A stretch of 64,000 bases of DNA from Proteromonas lacertae (taxonomy: Eukaryota), in assembly GCA_002245135.1 (NCBI GenBank), contig NGBS01000872.1, positions 248,001 to 312,000 of the forward strand. Direction: 5' to 3'. Positions 1 through 13,230 of the stretch are shown in pieces. The notes under the pieces are model-generated. The model saw only the letters and a program-made list of their open reading frames with translations. It was not told the origin of the DNA and ran no database searches. Numbering within the stretch: the first letter of the stretch is position 1; the number at the start of each line of letters is the position of its first letter. The translations under genes were made by a program, and so were the position numbers.

Positions 1-892
1 TGGATGCGCACTTAATGTTGCTAATTGGAGTGTTTTCATGTTTGATGTTGGACAAATCTCAATAGGAATACGTAATTGTGCTAATTTCTCCCATTGTTTG
101 TTATTTAATACTAAACAATGACCTAATCTATCTGGCTCATATTCTAAAATATCATTCGTGTCTTTTTCTCTATCAATTTCACCACAATGACAAGTAACAT
201 ATAAATTACAATCTTTACAGAATGAAAATACATCCTGATAAAACTCAAAATCTTCACCATGTGGATCACCTGATAAATCAATTCCTATTACATATTGAGG
301 ATATTTCTTGTGATAATCATTGCATAATCTCACTGTATGCATGGCTTCAGCTCTAATAAAAAACAAAAATAAAAGAAATTACAAATACATTGTGTTTTTT
401 CTATTCACACTTAAAATCAGTTTTAATATGATATTGTTGGGTTTATATTCTTGAAATACTTTTAGAATTGTATCAATATATGACTCAAATGTCATTTTAT
501 TCTTTTCATTTTCTTTTGGAGTTGTTCTTAACTCTAAATACTTCACATTATTATGAACAAAATCATCAATTGCTTCTCTTGTTATTCTTTCAACTATTTC
601 ATTGCTATTTATAATCACGTTAATTATTCTAAATAAGTCAAAACAACTATTTCACAAAATAAAATGAACAAATACTTACTTTTTTAGACTTCTATCACCA
701 TTCGCTATTTCTAATGCTTCTTTCGTGCTTTCTATATCATTTGATTTATTTATTAACTCTAAAAGAGTATTTTCTCTAATACAACCTGATAAATGAGCGT
801 GTAATTCCTTAACATAATAATATTCCATGTCATACAATCTTTGGAACATTGTGAACATATCTATTAACTGATATTGCTCCTATTTCATCCAT
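1..892 (-). CDS. ADAL: Adenosine deaminase-like protein (ADAL/MAPDA family), 3' end beyond window start
   Basis: Spliced through 3 short GT-AG introns: PKIELHAHLSG, YLELRTTP, GIDLSGDP, HCGE, RLGHC, EICPTSN motifs. Confidence 0.85.
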
Positions 893-986
893 TTCATTAA
901 AAACTAAAAAATAGGTGCAAAAATTATCCCAAAAATTTGACTGTTTTTTTCTTATTTATCTGATTTTCACCTGAAAGAAACAAAAT

Positions 987-2785
987 ATGGTATTTCCAAG
1001 GAGTGAAAGAAAGCCTTACTTATTTGGGGATCCTACTATTGCAAATCATTTATATGAAGGACAAGATCCTTTTCGATACAAAGATAAACGATTTATACCA
1101 ATATCTCATTTAGATCATTCAGCCATTACATCAGGTAGATACTATTATTTTTGTTATAATAATAGCCACATTCAATTTAGCACCAAACGGACCAGGAGAG
1201 TATGATCCAAATGTAGAAGTACTGAGTACAAAGCATACAATGTGTGTTCCAAAACTAGTTGAACCATTTAGTTATCCTGATGTTACTTCTTTAAATCAGT
1301 ATGAATATTAACACTTATATAATATTTTAAACAATGAAATAGAACACCAGGACCTTGTACTTATGAACCAAAAAGATTAGATCTAAAATCAAGTGTATCC
1401 TACACACTAAAGAGAGATAATCACAGAGAAATACTTGCACCTTCTTCAACACCAGAAGGAATTGCTCCAACCACATATTCGCCCAGAAAACCCAATGCAA
1501 AGCATGTGCCAGGATACCAGTTCTTTCACAAATCACCAAGGTTCAATCACGTAAGTATGGCAAGTACAGAAGCAAATATTGGTCCAGGATCTTATGAAGT
1601 AATGGATACTTTAGCAAAAAGACCATTAACCATACCAAGAGCTTGTAAAGATAAAGATTTAATATATTATAATGTACCAAGACCATTTTCACAGATTAGT
1701 AGAAAGAATTTTGCTGAAGAAAATTATAATGTTAAAACAATACAACAACTTGCAGAAGAAAAGAAAGAAAAGCAAATTGAACATTTGGAAAAGAGGAAAT
1801 TAGCATTGAAAAGAAATCTTCAGAATTATCAAAATAGACAACAAGAGTTATTAGATATGCATGATAAAAGAGCTAAACAAGCCAGGCTTGAGAATATAAG
1901 GAAGAAATGCATATTTTGGTTTAGATATATGACATTAGTAAAGAGTTATAATTGTACGAATGAAATATTAATAAATAATTTCAAAGTAATGACAATGCAG
2001 TTAGAAAGACATGATGAAGTGATGAAAAGAGCAGCAATGACATTATGGAAGAATTATCAATATCATTTTTTTTATTTATATACATATTTATTTGTTTCTT
2101 TTATTCTCATTGTTTTTTTACTCATTTTTATAAATGTGTTGTATTTTTACAGAAAGTATTTTATCATGTAATAATCATTGAAAGAAGGAAAAAACAACAT
2201 GCAGCTGCAGAAGTAATATATAATAGTTTAAGAGGATATCAGATGATTAGAACAATGAAAAGGAAAGTTAAAAATCTCTGTTCAACAATAAAAGTAATGC
2301 AATATGAAATGAAAAGAGTAGTTGAAACAAGACGTGCTAAAATACGTTTAATATATTTATGTACTGTTCAATACGATAAACAAATGAGAAAATCTCTTCT
2401 ACAGAAGTTAGCACCAGTTGTTACAAGTGATAATAATAAAAAAGATAATAAAGATAATAAAAAAGCAAAGAAAACTAAAGTGAATAAAGAATTTACTAAT
2501 CTTCAATTGTCGGATGAAGAGTTACATCAAATATCATTAATTGTGTATGATAAACTAAGGAGTGCTTATAAATCGCTATATATGTTAGCTAAACAATCTG
2601 GAGCTGATGTATTATTTATTATTAATTTATTATTCTATTAGAAACCACATAAAAAATCAATTCCCCCAAGCACTTATTTTGAAGAAGCACTTACAGATAA
2701 ATACAAAGAGTTAATAAATAAGATAAAAATGAGTAATACTGGTTCATCTGCGTCTCCAACTCCTTCTGATAAAAATAAGCCTTAG
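987..2785 (+). CDS. Protein with SHIPPO/ODF3-like PGPG-x-Y repeats and a coiled-coil C-terminus
   Basis: Spliced motifs NGPGEYD, TPGPCTY, NIGPGSY; the junction at 2060-2184 is non-canonical. Confidence 0.55.
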
Positions 2786-2894
2786 ATTTTTAATAATTTT
2801 AACTATTTATTACTCTTTTATTTGCTTTCTTTGTTGTGGTACATTGATGTATAAATATAAAGAAAAATTGTATTTTTTGGCAGTTTTTTCATAA

Positions 2895-5800
2895 ATGAGA
2901 GGTGAGAAAGAAGAAAACATAAATGTATATTCCCAATTATTCTGTGCAGGTATATGCTAGATTTAGACCAGCAAGTCAAAGAGAAGTGAAATTTGGTGTT
3001 CATTCGTGCATATACTTAGAAAATGAAGTATTAGAATTATATCTATATTTTAGCATAAAGTTGAAGTTGATAAACACACTTACACCTATGATCACATTTT
3101 TGATCAGAATTCCACTCAGAAAGACATGTATAATTCAACAATTCATATTTAGATATCAATATATTGGCGAAAAACATCTTAATAGTGTTTTAGATGGTTA
3201 TAATTCAACAATTTTTGCGTATTCCAAGAATTGATTTAATATTATGTATTATTATAGTTATGGACAAACATCTGCAGGTAAAACTTACACAATGGAAGGA
3301 CCAGATATAGAAAATCTAAATCCACATTACATAGGTTTGATTCCAAGGATAATAGATGAATTATTTCGACGAATCAAAGATCTAAAAAAGCAATTTGATT
3401 ATGAAATATCATTAACTATGATGGAAATCTACAATGAAACAGTTTATGATTTACTGTCATGTAATGAAGGTATTCAAAAGACATTAAAAGTGAGAGGAAC
3501 ACCAGAGAGTGGTTTTTTCGTGCAAGGAATATCTCAAAGATTGGTAAAAACAAGAAACGAAGCTATTAATTGGTATATTCATGGATGTAATAGAAGGTAT
3601 TTTTTTATACATCATGTAAATTTTATAGAAAAACAGCAGCAACAGCAATGAACCAATTATCATCTCGTAGTCACTCAATATTAACAATCAGTATCAAGAA
3701 ATTAGATAAAATAGATGAAGAAATGAAGACAAGTCTGTTTAATTTAGTTGATTTAGCTGGATCCGAAAGATTTGAAACAAAAAATGATCAATCAGTAATC
3801 AATGAGTCAATATTAATCAACCAATCATTATCAGCCTTAGGTTTAGTAATAAAATCATTAATAGATATTAGAAGAGGTAGAAATAGTAGTGCTTATATAC
3901 CATATCGTAATTCTATATTAACTCAAGTATTACATAACACTTTAGGTGGAAATTGTAAAACATCTTTGATATTATGTTGTAGTCCTGCTATATGTAATAA
4001 AGCTGAAACAATTTCTACTTTACAATTTGGAGAAAGGGCCAAGATGATAAAGAATAAAGTCAGTCAGAATGTATCTTCATCTGTTCCAGAATTAAAAGCT
4101 AAAATCAGATTATTGGAAGCTCAAATAGCTAAATATCAACAACAAGATAGAGTAAAGAATATTAATGGTATATATATATATATATCTTTAATAATTATTA
4201 TAAATTAATAAATAGATGATGATATTGAAAAGATTGTTTTAATTAATCAAGTATTGATTATATGTATTCTATTAATAATTAGCAATATGAACAAGAAATT
4301 CAAAAATTAACTGAAGAATTATTAAATTATGAAAAGAAAGAGAATAGAAGTAATAGAATGCTTTTAGAGTTTGAATCTAAAATCGCAGATATGGAAGAAA
4401 GTTGTCCAGATAGAGAATCATATGAAGTATATATTTATTCATTTTTATATTTATTTCTGAGTAGAATGAAATTGCACAATTAAAAGAGAAAATAAAGAAG
4501 TTAGCTGCTCATTGTAATCAGTTAGTAAGAGAAAAGAATGAATTACAAAGCCAATTGAAGCACAGTCAAATGAATAATAGTGGATATGAAGATGTAAGTG
4601 ATAAAGATCAAAGAATAAGAGAATTAGAAAGTGAAATTGATAAATTAAAGAATCAGATTAGTTATTTAGAAAGTTCAGTAGAAACTACTAATCATGATTT
4701 AGAAACAGCAGAAACCGATTATAAAAGAAGATTGTATAGATTACAAAGGCAAAATTTATCAAGTTCTAACCTATCACAGAGTTGTGTATTAATTAATTGA
4801 TTGGTATTTAATATATATATAATAGATAAGTCCATTAAAAACATCTTCATTTGATTGGAGCACTTCAGATATGCTTCCTGCTCCAGTGAAAAGAAGTATA
4901 GCAGAATTGCAAATGATAAAAAGAAACTTGGAAAATCAATTGGCTGATTTGACTGTATTAGTTTTTCATTATTAGTATTTTGTGTAATAGGATCGAATTG
5001 AGTCATTAGATGAGATGAATGAAAGACAAGAATCTGCACTACAAGACAAAGATAAAAAACTAAAAGAATTTAGTGATCAACTAGGTTTATTACAAGTATA
5101 ATTCATTCAATGTATTTCTTTTTTCTAGACTGAATTATTGAAAGAAAAACAGAATACAGAAACAGGATCAACATTACAGAGCATCGAATTAGAGAACAGA
5201 AAACAGAATGAAGCAAAATTGAAGCAAGAACTTATCAATTTGAATGTATTTTTTTTAATATTATAATTATATAATTATATTGTTTTGATTAGATTAAATA
5301 TAATGATGCGATTGCTCATTTAAACCCTGAAGAAAGAAAGAATCTTGGAAATGATGAAAATGTGAAACAGTTAAATGAACTATTGAATAGTAGAAATGAA
5401 GAAATAACTGAATTACAAAGTCAAAGAATAAAGGATTATGATACAATTGAATCATTGAAAAAGGAAATAATCCAATTGAAAGAAAAGAATAGAAATGATG
5501 CAATAAATGTTGATGAAACAGAATCAAGTGAGAAATACAAGAAATTAGAAGATGAGTTAAAACTAGAAAGAGAAAGGAAGAGTATGTTTGAACAAACAGA
5601 TTTTTATGAAAAGTATCAAGCAGTAATGAAAGAAAACAACACCATTAAATCAAGATATAATGATTTGGTGAATGAGATGAAAACAACAATAGGAAACTAC
5701 AACAATTTAATGAAAGAAATATCTTTATTGAAATCACAAAAAGTATTGGATGATAATTCATTTGATCAAATGAAACAATATATAATATCTTTAGATAATG

Positions 5801-6555
5801 CTAATTACGTGTTAGAAAATCCAATTTCATATGATTATGAGCATTTTAATGTATATATAATTATAATATCTTATATTTATTAGATATTGAAATATTTAAA
5901 CAATCAAATGATCTCTTTATTCACAAAACATCGTTTAGAACTTCTATTCACAGAAAATGGAGATAGACAGTTCAAAAAGATTTTCATTTAGATATTGAAT
6001 TATATTTCCCATCCACATACAATAATTCAAAGATAACAACTCCAGATGATATTAATTGTATAATTATTATTGTTTTATTAATATATATATTAGTTATTAA
6101 AAATGATGATATAACATTAAGAGTATGTTATCAGTTATTAGAAATGTTTTTAAAGATGGTTGGATTAACACTTATTTATAATGAAGATGAGTATTCTATA
6201 CTTTATATATTATTAATTATTCTAAATAGTGATGTAGCTTGTGTAAGGATAGATGATAAGCCAGAAACAAGTGATGCATTATCACTTCTAACAGAATATC
6301 CTTATCAAGCAGCTCTCTTACAAATATTCCACCATTTGAAAGAGATAGAAAGAGCTGATTTGCAGCAATGTATTTTAGGAAGGATTGTAGTTGAATATTC
6401 ATCTTTGAACAGTCCTCTTAGTTGTAATTGGATTCGATCGTTGTGTGTAGATAATTTATTACCGCTGTATATTTTATTCTCTTATTCTGTGTAGAATTGA
6501 TGATAAAGATGTAAAGGTAGCTATAATGAAAGAATTAATACCTTCTGAAGAATAG
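2895..6555 (+). CDS. Kinesin with N-terminal motor domain and long coiled-coil tail
   Basis: VYARFRP, YGQTSAGKTYTM, SSRSHS, LVDLAGSER, IPYRNS; many short introns; one apparent -1 indel in an A-run near 5974-5978. Confidence 0.9.
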
Positions 6556-6724
6556 AATCGCATTAAATTATTTTATTATATGTTTGTTATTCATTTCAAA
6601 TTTTTGAGATGGTTTTAAATAGAAAAAATAATAAGACAAGTATGAGGCTAAGTTAAATAGTAAATATAGCAATTTTGATAAACACTTTTATTCTAAATTA
6701 TTTTTTAGCTGTTCAAATAAACCA

Positions 6725-7299
6725 ATGGTATAGCTTAAGTGTATATAAAATAGAGTGACTCACCACCTCCACCAAGAAGGTATAAAAAAGTAGCAGATGA
6801 AGTTAAGACTCTGATAATCCACAATGTTATCGATCAGAAGAGATCTTTGAACGAAGTGTCTATGATATTTAATGTCCCTCGATCGACAATATGGAATATC
6901 GTATCGTCTTACAGAAAGAGTGAGAGATTAGATCCAACTCCAAGATTTGGAGGGAGAAAAAGAAAGTTTACTTCTATAGATAGTTCCGAAATAGTCCAAT
7001 TAGCATCGAATAACCCTGACGATTCACTAAGCAACTTGAAGAAGGAATATGAGACACTTCATCCAGGTAAGAATATATCTATCTCAACAATTCATGCAAT
7101 AGTAAAACATGTTCAATCACCAACATCAGCCCATCGTCATAGAAATAAAAACAGACTAATACAACAGCAAGTACAACAACAGCAACAACAAGAAGAACAA
7201 ATTAAACAACAACAACAACAGATGCAGCAACAGAAACTACAACAGCAGCAGCAATATCGACAACAGCAGAAACTTCAACAACAACAGCAAATTCAACAA

Positions 7300-7334
<35 letters not shown>

Positions 7335-7605
7335 ACAGATTCAACAACAAGAACAATTCTTAAACCAACAGAATTTGCTATCCTCTACAATGGCAATGCC
7401 AATGTCAAATGATTCTTACCAAATACAACGACCTATGATGACTAATGATGGATATCCAGGAGATTCTTTCTGTTATCCATCTTCATTCTTTACAGCTCCT
7501 ACTAGATCTCTCAGCATTTATCAAGGTTCACTAAATTCTTTATCAGATTCTACACTACCTTATGCTTCTCCAATTCAATATGAATCTAATGTGAAACAGG
7601 TTTAA
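6725..7605 (+). CDS. Tc1/mariner/paired-like double helix-turn-helix protein with poly-Q tail (putative transcription factor)
   Basis: ATG exon plus 26-nt intron; EVSMIFNVPRSTIWNIV...GGRKRK...ISISTIHAIV; no DDE domain; start uncertain. Confidence 0.6.
7162..7350 (+). repeat. CAA/CAG trinucleotide repeat encoding poly-glutamine
   Basis: Imperfect (CAR)n run visible directly in the sequence. Confidence 0.9.
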
Positions 7606-7690
7606 TTTAATCATATATCTATTCGTTGTATTTAAAATTATGTTTTTTCTCTTCATTTAACAATAATAATAATAATAATAAAAAGTACTG

Positions 7691-9213
7691 TTATTCAGTT
7701 TTAGCTTTTTTACTTAATTCTTCATCTTTGCCTTCAACTTTCTCTATCTTTCTTTTAGTCATTGTCTCATTAGGAACAACCTTTATACCTGTCAAAATAT
7801 ATCCACTTCTATTATCCATCAGCATTTCAGGATGAGTTCTTTGAGGTAAAACTTGAATATTTCTATAAAATGATTCATACAACTCTAAATTGATAAAACA
7901 ACCTCCATTATGCAATGCTCCATATATTGTAGTTAAATTTTCAATGAAATGACTATAAATGATGAATCTCTTAGATGGAGATAAAAACTCAAATAATAAT
8001 TCAGCAATTGGAATTGGATCTGATTCTACACATATTAATATAGTATCAAAACCATTATTTAATTGTGTTAAAACACTTGAATAAAATGCTCTTTTTGAAT
8101 CATCTCTTTCTTTTATTTTTTGCTTATTTTCTTCTGTTATGACTCTTTCATTGGATACTTTTGGAATAAATTCTTCAACTATTCATATATTACAACAAAT
8201 TTATAAATACTATTTTTTGATATTAAAAACTTCAATGGAACATATTTAAATGCTTTTTTCATTTCACTACAAAAATTAAATCTTCTAATACCATCATAAC
8301 ATGGGTTTGTACTATCATATAAACAATAAATATTCACTAATCCACCTGTTCTTTCACATATTGAACCAGCTATTATTCCCATACAATCTTCCATTATTAA
8401 CACATTTGATTCAGGAACAGTTGAACATAATGATAATATCCTTCCCAATGCATCAGGTCTTAGGTTATTTATTTTCAATGGATTCTTTAGGAATAACTGA
8501 TGAGCAATAGTCATACTTGTACATTTCACCACCATTATTCGTGTGATATATTTCAATTGTTTCTTTTTGATATATTTTTCTTTTGAAAATTTTGTCTTTT
8601 TATCGAAAGTTTTACTATTTTCACATAATTTCTCTATTAATTTATTACCACTAATTCCTTCTTCCTGCAATTTTTTGATTTGTTCTGTAGTTAATGTTTG
8701 AGATGTATTATCATCTACTAAATCTCTATTATCTGCATCTTCATCATTATCTTCTTCTTCTTCCATTGCTTTTCCCTCTTCATCCCCATCTTCTTTAATT
8801 GCTTCTTCAATCTTAGGGAATAATGGTTCATCTATTTTTTGAATATTGCCATTAATAACTTCAAAAACTGATCCATATTTACATCCTATTATTTTGTTTA
8901 TTATTATGTGTTTTTTATTAATATTTGCAGTTCTATTTTGCGTATTATATATTATAACAATACGCTTTACTATTAACCTGGATGCATAACTCTTTATGAT
9001 CACTTCCAATCAAAATCACAAAATCATCCTTTTTAACTATAGATGGATCACTTTCCATAATTTCTGATAATTTACTTAATTCATCTAAATCATTAAAATC
9101 GCTCAAACAATACTATTTTCATTCACTGTTTCATCTTTTGCTTTATTTTCTACTTGTACTTCTTTTATATCACCATTGGATTCATTTCTATCTTTTTGTA
9201 TTTCAGAATTCAT
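7691..9213 (-). CDS. TRM6: tRNA m1A58 methyltransferase non-catalytic subunit (Gcd10/TRM6)
   Basis: IIGCKYGSVFE, DNRDLVDDNTSQTLT, TFDKKTKFSKEKYIKKK, QVLPQRTHPEM; 3 introns. Confidence 0.9.
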
Positions 9214-9391
9214 TTTAGATTCTTTCAAAAAAGCAAATATATTTATCAAGCCTAATTATTGGCTTGAACAACCAAGTTATGCTTGAGTTTTTAAACATCA
9301 AAAACAACACAATTGACATAACATATTAATATTTAAAAACAATAAAAAAGCGGGAAAACAATTAAATTGAAAATCCATAACATAAAAAAGA

Positions 9392-11529
9392 CTATTTCAG
9401 TTTTCTATTCTGTCTAGGACGAGGTGTATCAAGTGCAACAGTACTCCACATGCCATCAATCCTGATAAACGTATCAGATTTCCTAGGTAAGCCTTCATCA
9501 TGTATATCAATTTTAGACTTGCAGTATTCTTCAGGAACTTCAGGAGGTGGTACATATGGAGGAACCATAGTCAAAATATTATCAAAATCAATCTTCTGGA
9601 AGAAAGGATGCTTTTTAATAACATCAGGATCAGATAATCTCTCTTCATGGTTCTTATCTAACAATTTACTAACAATATCTTTCATAGCTTTAGATACACT
9701 TTTATGACTAAAACATTTTTTGGATAAATATGGAAAAGGAATTTCATCATTGCAAATGTTGACTAGCAACTCATGTCCTTGACCTTCAAATGGTATTTTA
9801 CCGTATATCATTTCATATATTAATATGCCAAATGACCACCAATCAGTTCTTTCATCATATTCTAATCCTTGAGCTACTTCTGGACTGATATATTCCAAAG
9901 TTCCAACGAGTGATTTTTCACCTGTTATATTCATTGTTCTATTGTTTGTATTATCACTATCATTATCTGTAGACATAGATAAATCAAAATCACCTAATAC
10001 AATATGACCTGTATTACTGATTAAAATATTCTCAGGTTTTAAATCACGATACATATAATTATAAGCATGTAGACATTCTAAAGCTAATAAAACTTCACTA
10101 CTGTAAAAACAAGCATCACTTTCAGATATACGGTAATTGGGCATTCTAGATAAATAATGATATAAATCACCTCCATTACAATATTGTAGTGCTAAATATA
10201 AATAATTACTAGTTGTAAATGCATAATGTAATGTAATAATAAAGGGATTACTAATTAATACCATTAAATTACGTTCAATTCTATATCTTTGAATTCTTTT
10301 TTGAACTTCGAAATCTGATTGGTCGATCACTTTTAATGCTAAATATGTTTCACCACCTGGTAAATTCTTGGCTCTTGCTAGAAATACAGTACCACATCCA
10401 CCTTTACCTATAAATCTAATTAATTCAAAGTTATTCAATGATATTTCACACTGTTGTAATTGAATCTTTTGTATCTGTTTTTCAATGTCATCTAAATTCC
10501 TTGCATCATTCGATACTTTATGTTGTAACATAGTATCATCAACAGCAGAGGATGAAGTATTTAACTTAACATCATCTAAATTCAGTGGCTGCATACTAGA
10601 ACTAGTAGTAGTATTGTTGTTATGATTATAATCAGTAGCAGCAACTCTACTTGGTGAACTAATTAATGGAGCAAATTGATAAGCCATTCCTCCACCTTTA
10701 CTACCTCTAGTTATACTGGTACTATTATCACCTGAGGAAGATGGTTTAGTACGTTTCTTTAATTGCCTTAATGCTTTTAATGTACGGACAAAAGGACTAT
10801 GTAAATCGATGGATTTTGCAAGAGTATATACTTTATCTATTATCTTTTCAGCTATTTCTGTTGTGCTAGGAGATACATCTTCTAACTCACGGAATTTTAA
10901 AATGACAGTTGGATAAATATTTGAAAAATCTTTTAAGAATAATCTTACATTATCATCGGTTATAAATAATTGGTTAAATATATATAATAAACTTGTCATT
11001 GTATCAAAATAGAGACTTCTATCTGCATTTTCATCGGAAAAGATGAGAGCCAATATACATCTTGTCATTGTTACTAAAGGCTCTAGAAAACCATTTTCAC
11101 CTAACGAATTAATATGAGATAGACTATGAAAATCTTCTTTGAATTCTTCAATAAATGGTACTGTGTGCTTTAATACTTCAACATTGTGTGGTGAGGGAGG
11201 TCTGGGTGTTGAATATTTTCCTGTTGTTGTTGATAATGCAGCTACATAGAGTTGATACTGATGATTAAAGTAATCAAACATATCCGTCATTACAACAGAC
11301 CACTAAAATAAATAAAATAACGAAACAATATATATATATATATACTTGTTCTTCTTTATTTTCTATGGTAGTAAAATCTTTTTCTATTGTATGATATAAG
11401 ATGCTATTTCCGCCGATGTTCATTAACTTCATCTGTTTAAAGATTCTTTCTTTATATGTCTTAGGCTAAAAAAATGATTAGTTACGAAGTTAATACTACA
11501 GGTTCAGGTGTTACTAGTGGCTCATTCAT
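9392..11529 (-). CDS. AGC-family Ser/Thr kinase with DFD motif and long N-terminal region
   Basis: GKGGCG, ALK, YRDLKPEN, DFDLS, GTLEYISPE, DWWSFG, HPFF; 2 introns at the 5' end. Confidence 0.9.
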
Positions 11530-11623
11530 TTCTATCTTTTGATAACTGAAATGAATTTTGAAAAGAAATGATTTGAGATAAAGCTTGACAATAAACCGCC
11601 ACATTCTATTTCTGTAATAGCTA

Positions 11624-12082
11624 ATGAGTATTTATCAGAAAAACTATGTTAAGAATATTCTAAAAGAATCAATAATCCCAGGAAGTATATTAAGTTCATC
11701 ACAAGGTCAAAATAAAGCTTGGGTACAAGTATACAATGGCTATTATAAGTTATAAAGGGATTTATTGTTCAAATTTCTGATAATCTAGTGCTTTTAGATG
11801 ATGGCACAGGATTAATCACTGTAGATTTGACTAATTACAGGAAGAAAGTGAATAAAGACTTTGTGCCATTGTTAGGTATATTTTTATTAATCATAATTAC
11901 AATTTTATATATTAGGCGATTATATTATGGTTACAGGCAAATTAACAACTAAAGAGGATAAGTATGTGTTGATTAGTCATCAGTGCATTTCTATAGATGG
12001 TATTTTATCATATCTACTTTACGAAATAGATCCAAATAGAATTAGTTTGTGGAATCTTGAAGTGGTATCATTGAATTCATGA
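11624..12082 (+). CDS. RMI2: RecQ-mediated genome instability protein 2-like OB-fold protein
   Basis: Not in the ORF track; spliced AWVQG...LLDDGTG...YIMVTG...DPNRISLWNLEV. Confidence 0.75.
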
Positions 12083-12159
12083 TGATTTTAATGTTTTTTA
12101 ATAAAAATGAAATATAATTTAACTTATTTATAATTATTTTATGAATTATTGATTTTACT

Positions 12160-13073
12160 ATGGGAGGACAAATATCAAGTCAAACATATTTGAAATTCAA
12201 AATCGTTTTTGTTCTTTTCTAAGTAAATAGAAAAGATATGTCAGATAGAACAGTAGATTCTGTGCAAATGACAGAAGTCTCACTACTCTGTGAAATTACA
12301 TACACAATTCCAGGTGGTATTATTTGCTTTTTATTTTTAGGATTACATACAATCAATAAAATACTAAAATCAATGAATGAAGTAATATTTTAATATTATT
12401 TTTGTAGTTATGTGATGAATATGATTTAGATAGTTATAAAGATGAATATACTACTAAAATATCGGAACCATATAGATGTTCAACATCAATTTTCCCTTCA
12501 GAATGGTTTATATGTATTGATTAAACTATAATCAAAAATAGTACTTCAAAGATTCCAAAGTCATATCCTAGAAAATAAAAAATATGATAAATCAGCGCCA
12601 GAAGATCCATTTGATGATGATATATACCGTATAAATTATCAATAGTATTAATTCTTAGTTAAATTTTTATCTAAAGAAGCAAGTTTCCATCTTTTTTCTC
12701 ATTCTACAGACGGTTATTATTTACCTATTGAATGGGAAGGCGGACCATTGTTCGATAGTACAAATAGTCTAATAGGTGGTTGGGTTGGTTCAACACAGCA
12801 GTTATTAACAGAATTAATAAATTTATCTCCTTATTTGGATATAACAATGTCACCAATAGATAAGAAAGGTTTAGTTCCAAGAGCTAATGGTTTTGATATT
12901 AATAAAAAAGTATAATCATTTAATGTTATATGTTTAGTGTGTAAAAATGCTAGATAATATTGATATTAATAAAGATCCATTAGGAAAGGAAAAGAAAGTA
13001 TGGTTTGTGCTTATATGAACATTGTTTGAAAAGTATTGATTATAAATCTGCTGTTGTTTTAAGAAGTGTTTAA
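12160..13073 (+). CDS. Hypothetical protein with N-myristoylation-type start (MGGQIS), resembling a bacterial uncharacterised family; needs a +1 shift at 13010-13013
   Basis: 6 short introns give HLFSHSTDGYYLPIEW...GGWVGSTQQLLTEL...EKKVWFVL/YEHCLKSIDYKSAVV. Confidence 0.65.
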
Positions 13074-13230
13074 ATTAATTTCATTATTTATTTTGTAATC
13101 GATGTATTTGTGATGGAAAATCCATACTGGTTAAACATATTCGGAGAATTGCATTGTGTGACAGTGTAAATGTAATTTATTTTGTTTTTTAATTTTCTCT
13201 GTTATAAGCCTTTATGATAATAATATAAGT

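Noticed and set aside
5970..5995. -1 break in the kinesin tail (TTC AAA AAG ATT ... TAG)
   Set aside because: Lies in an A5 run; most simply a sequencing deletion.
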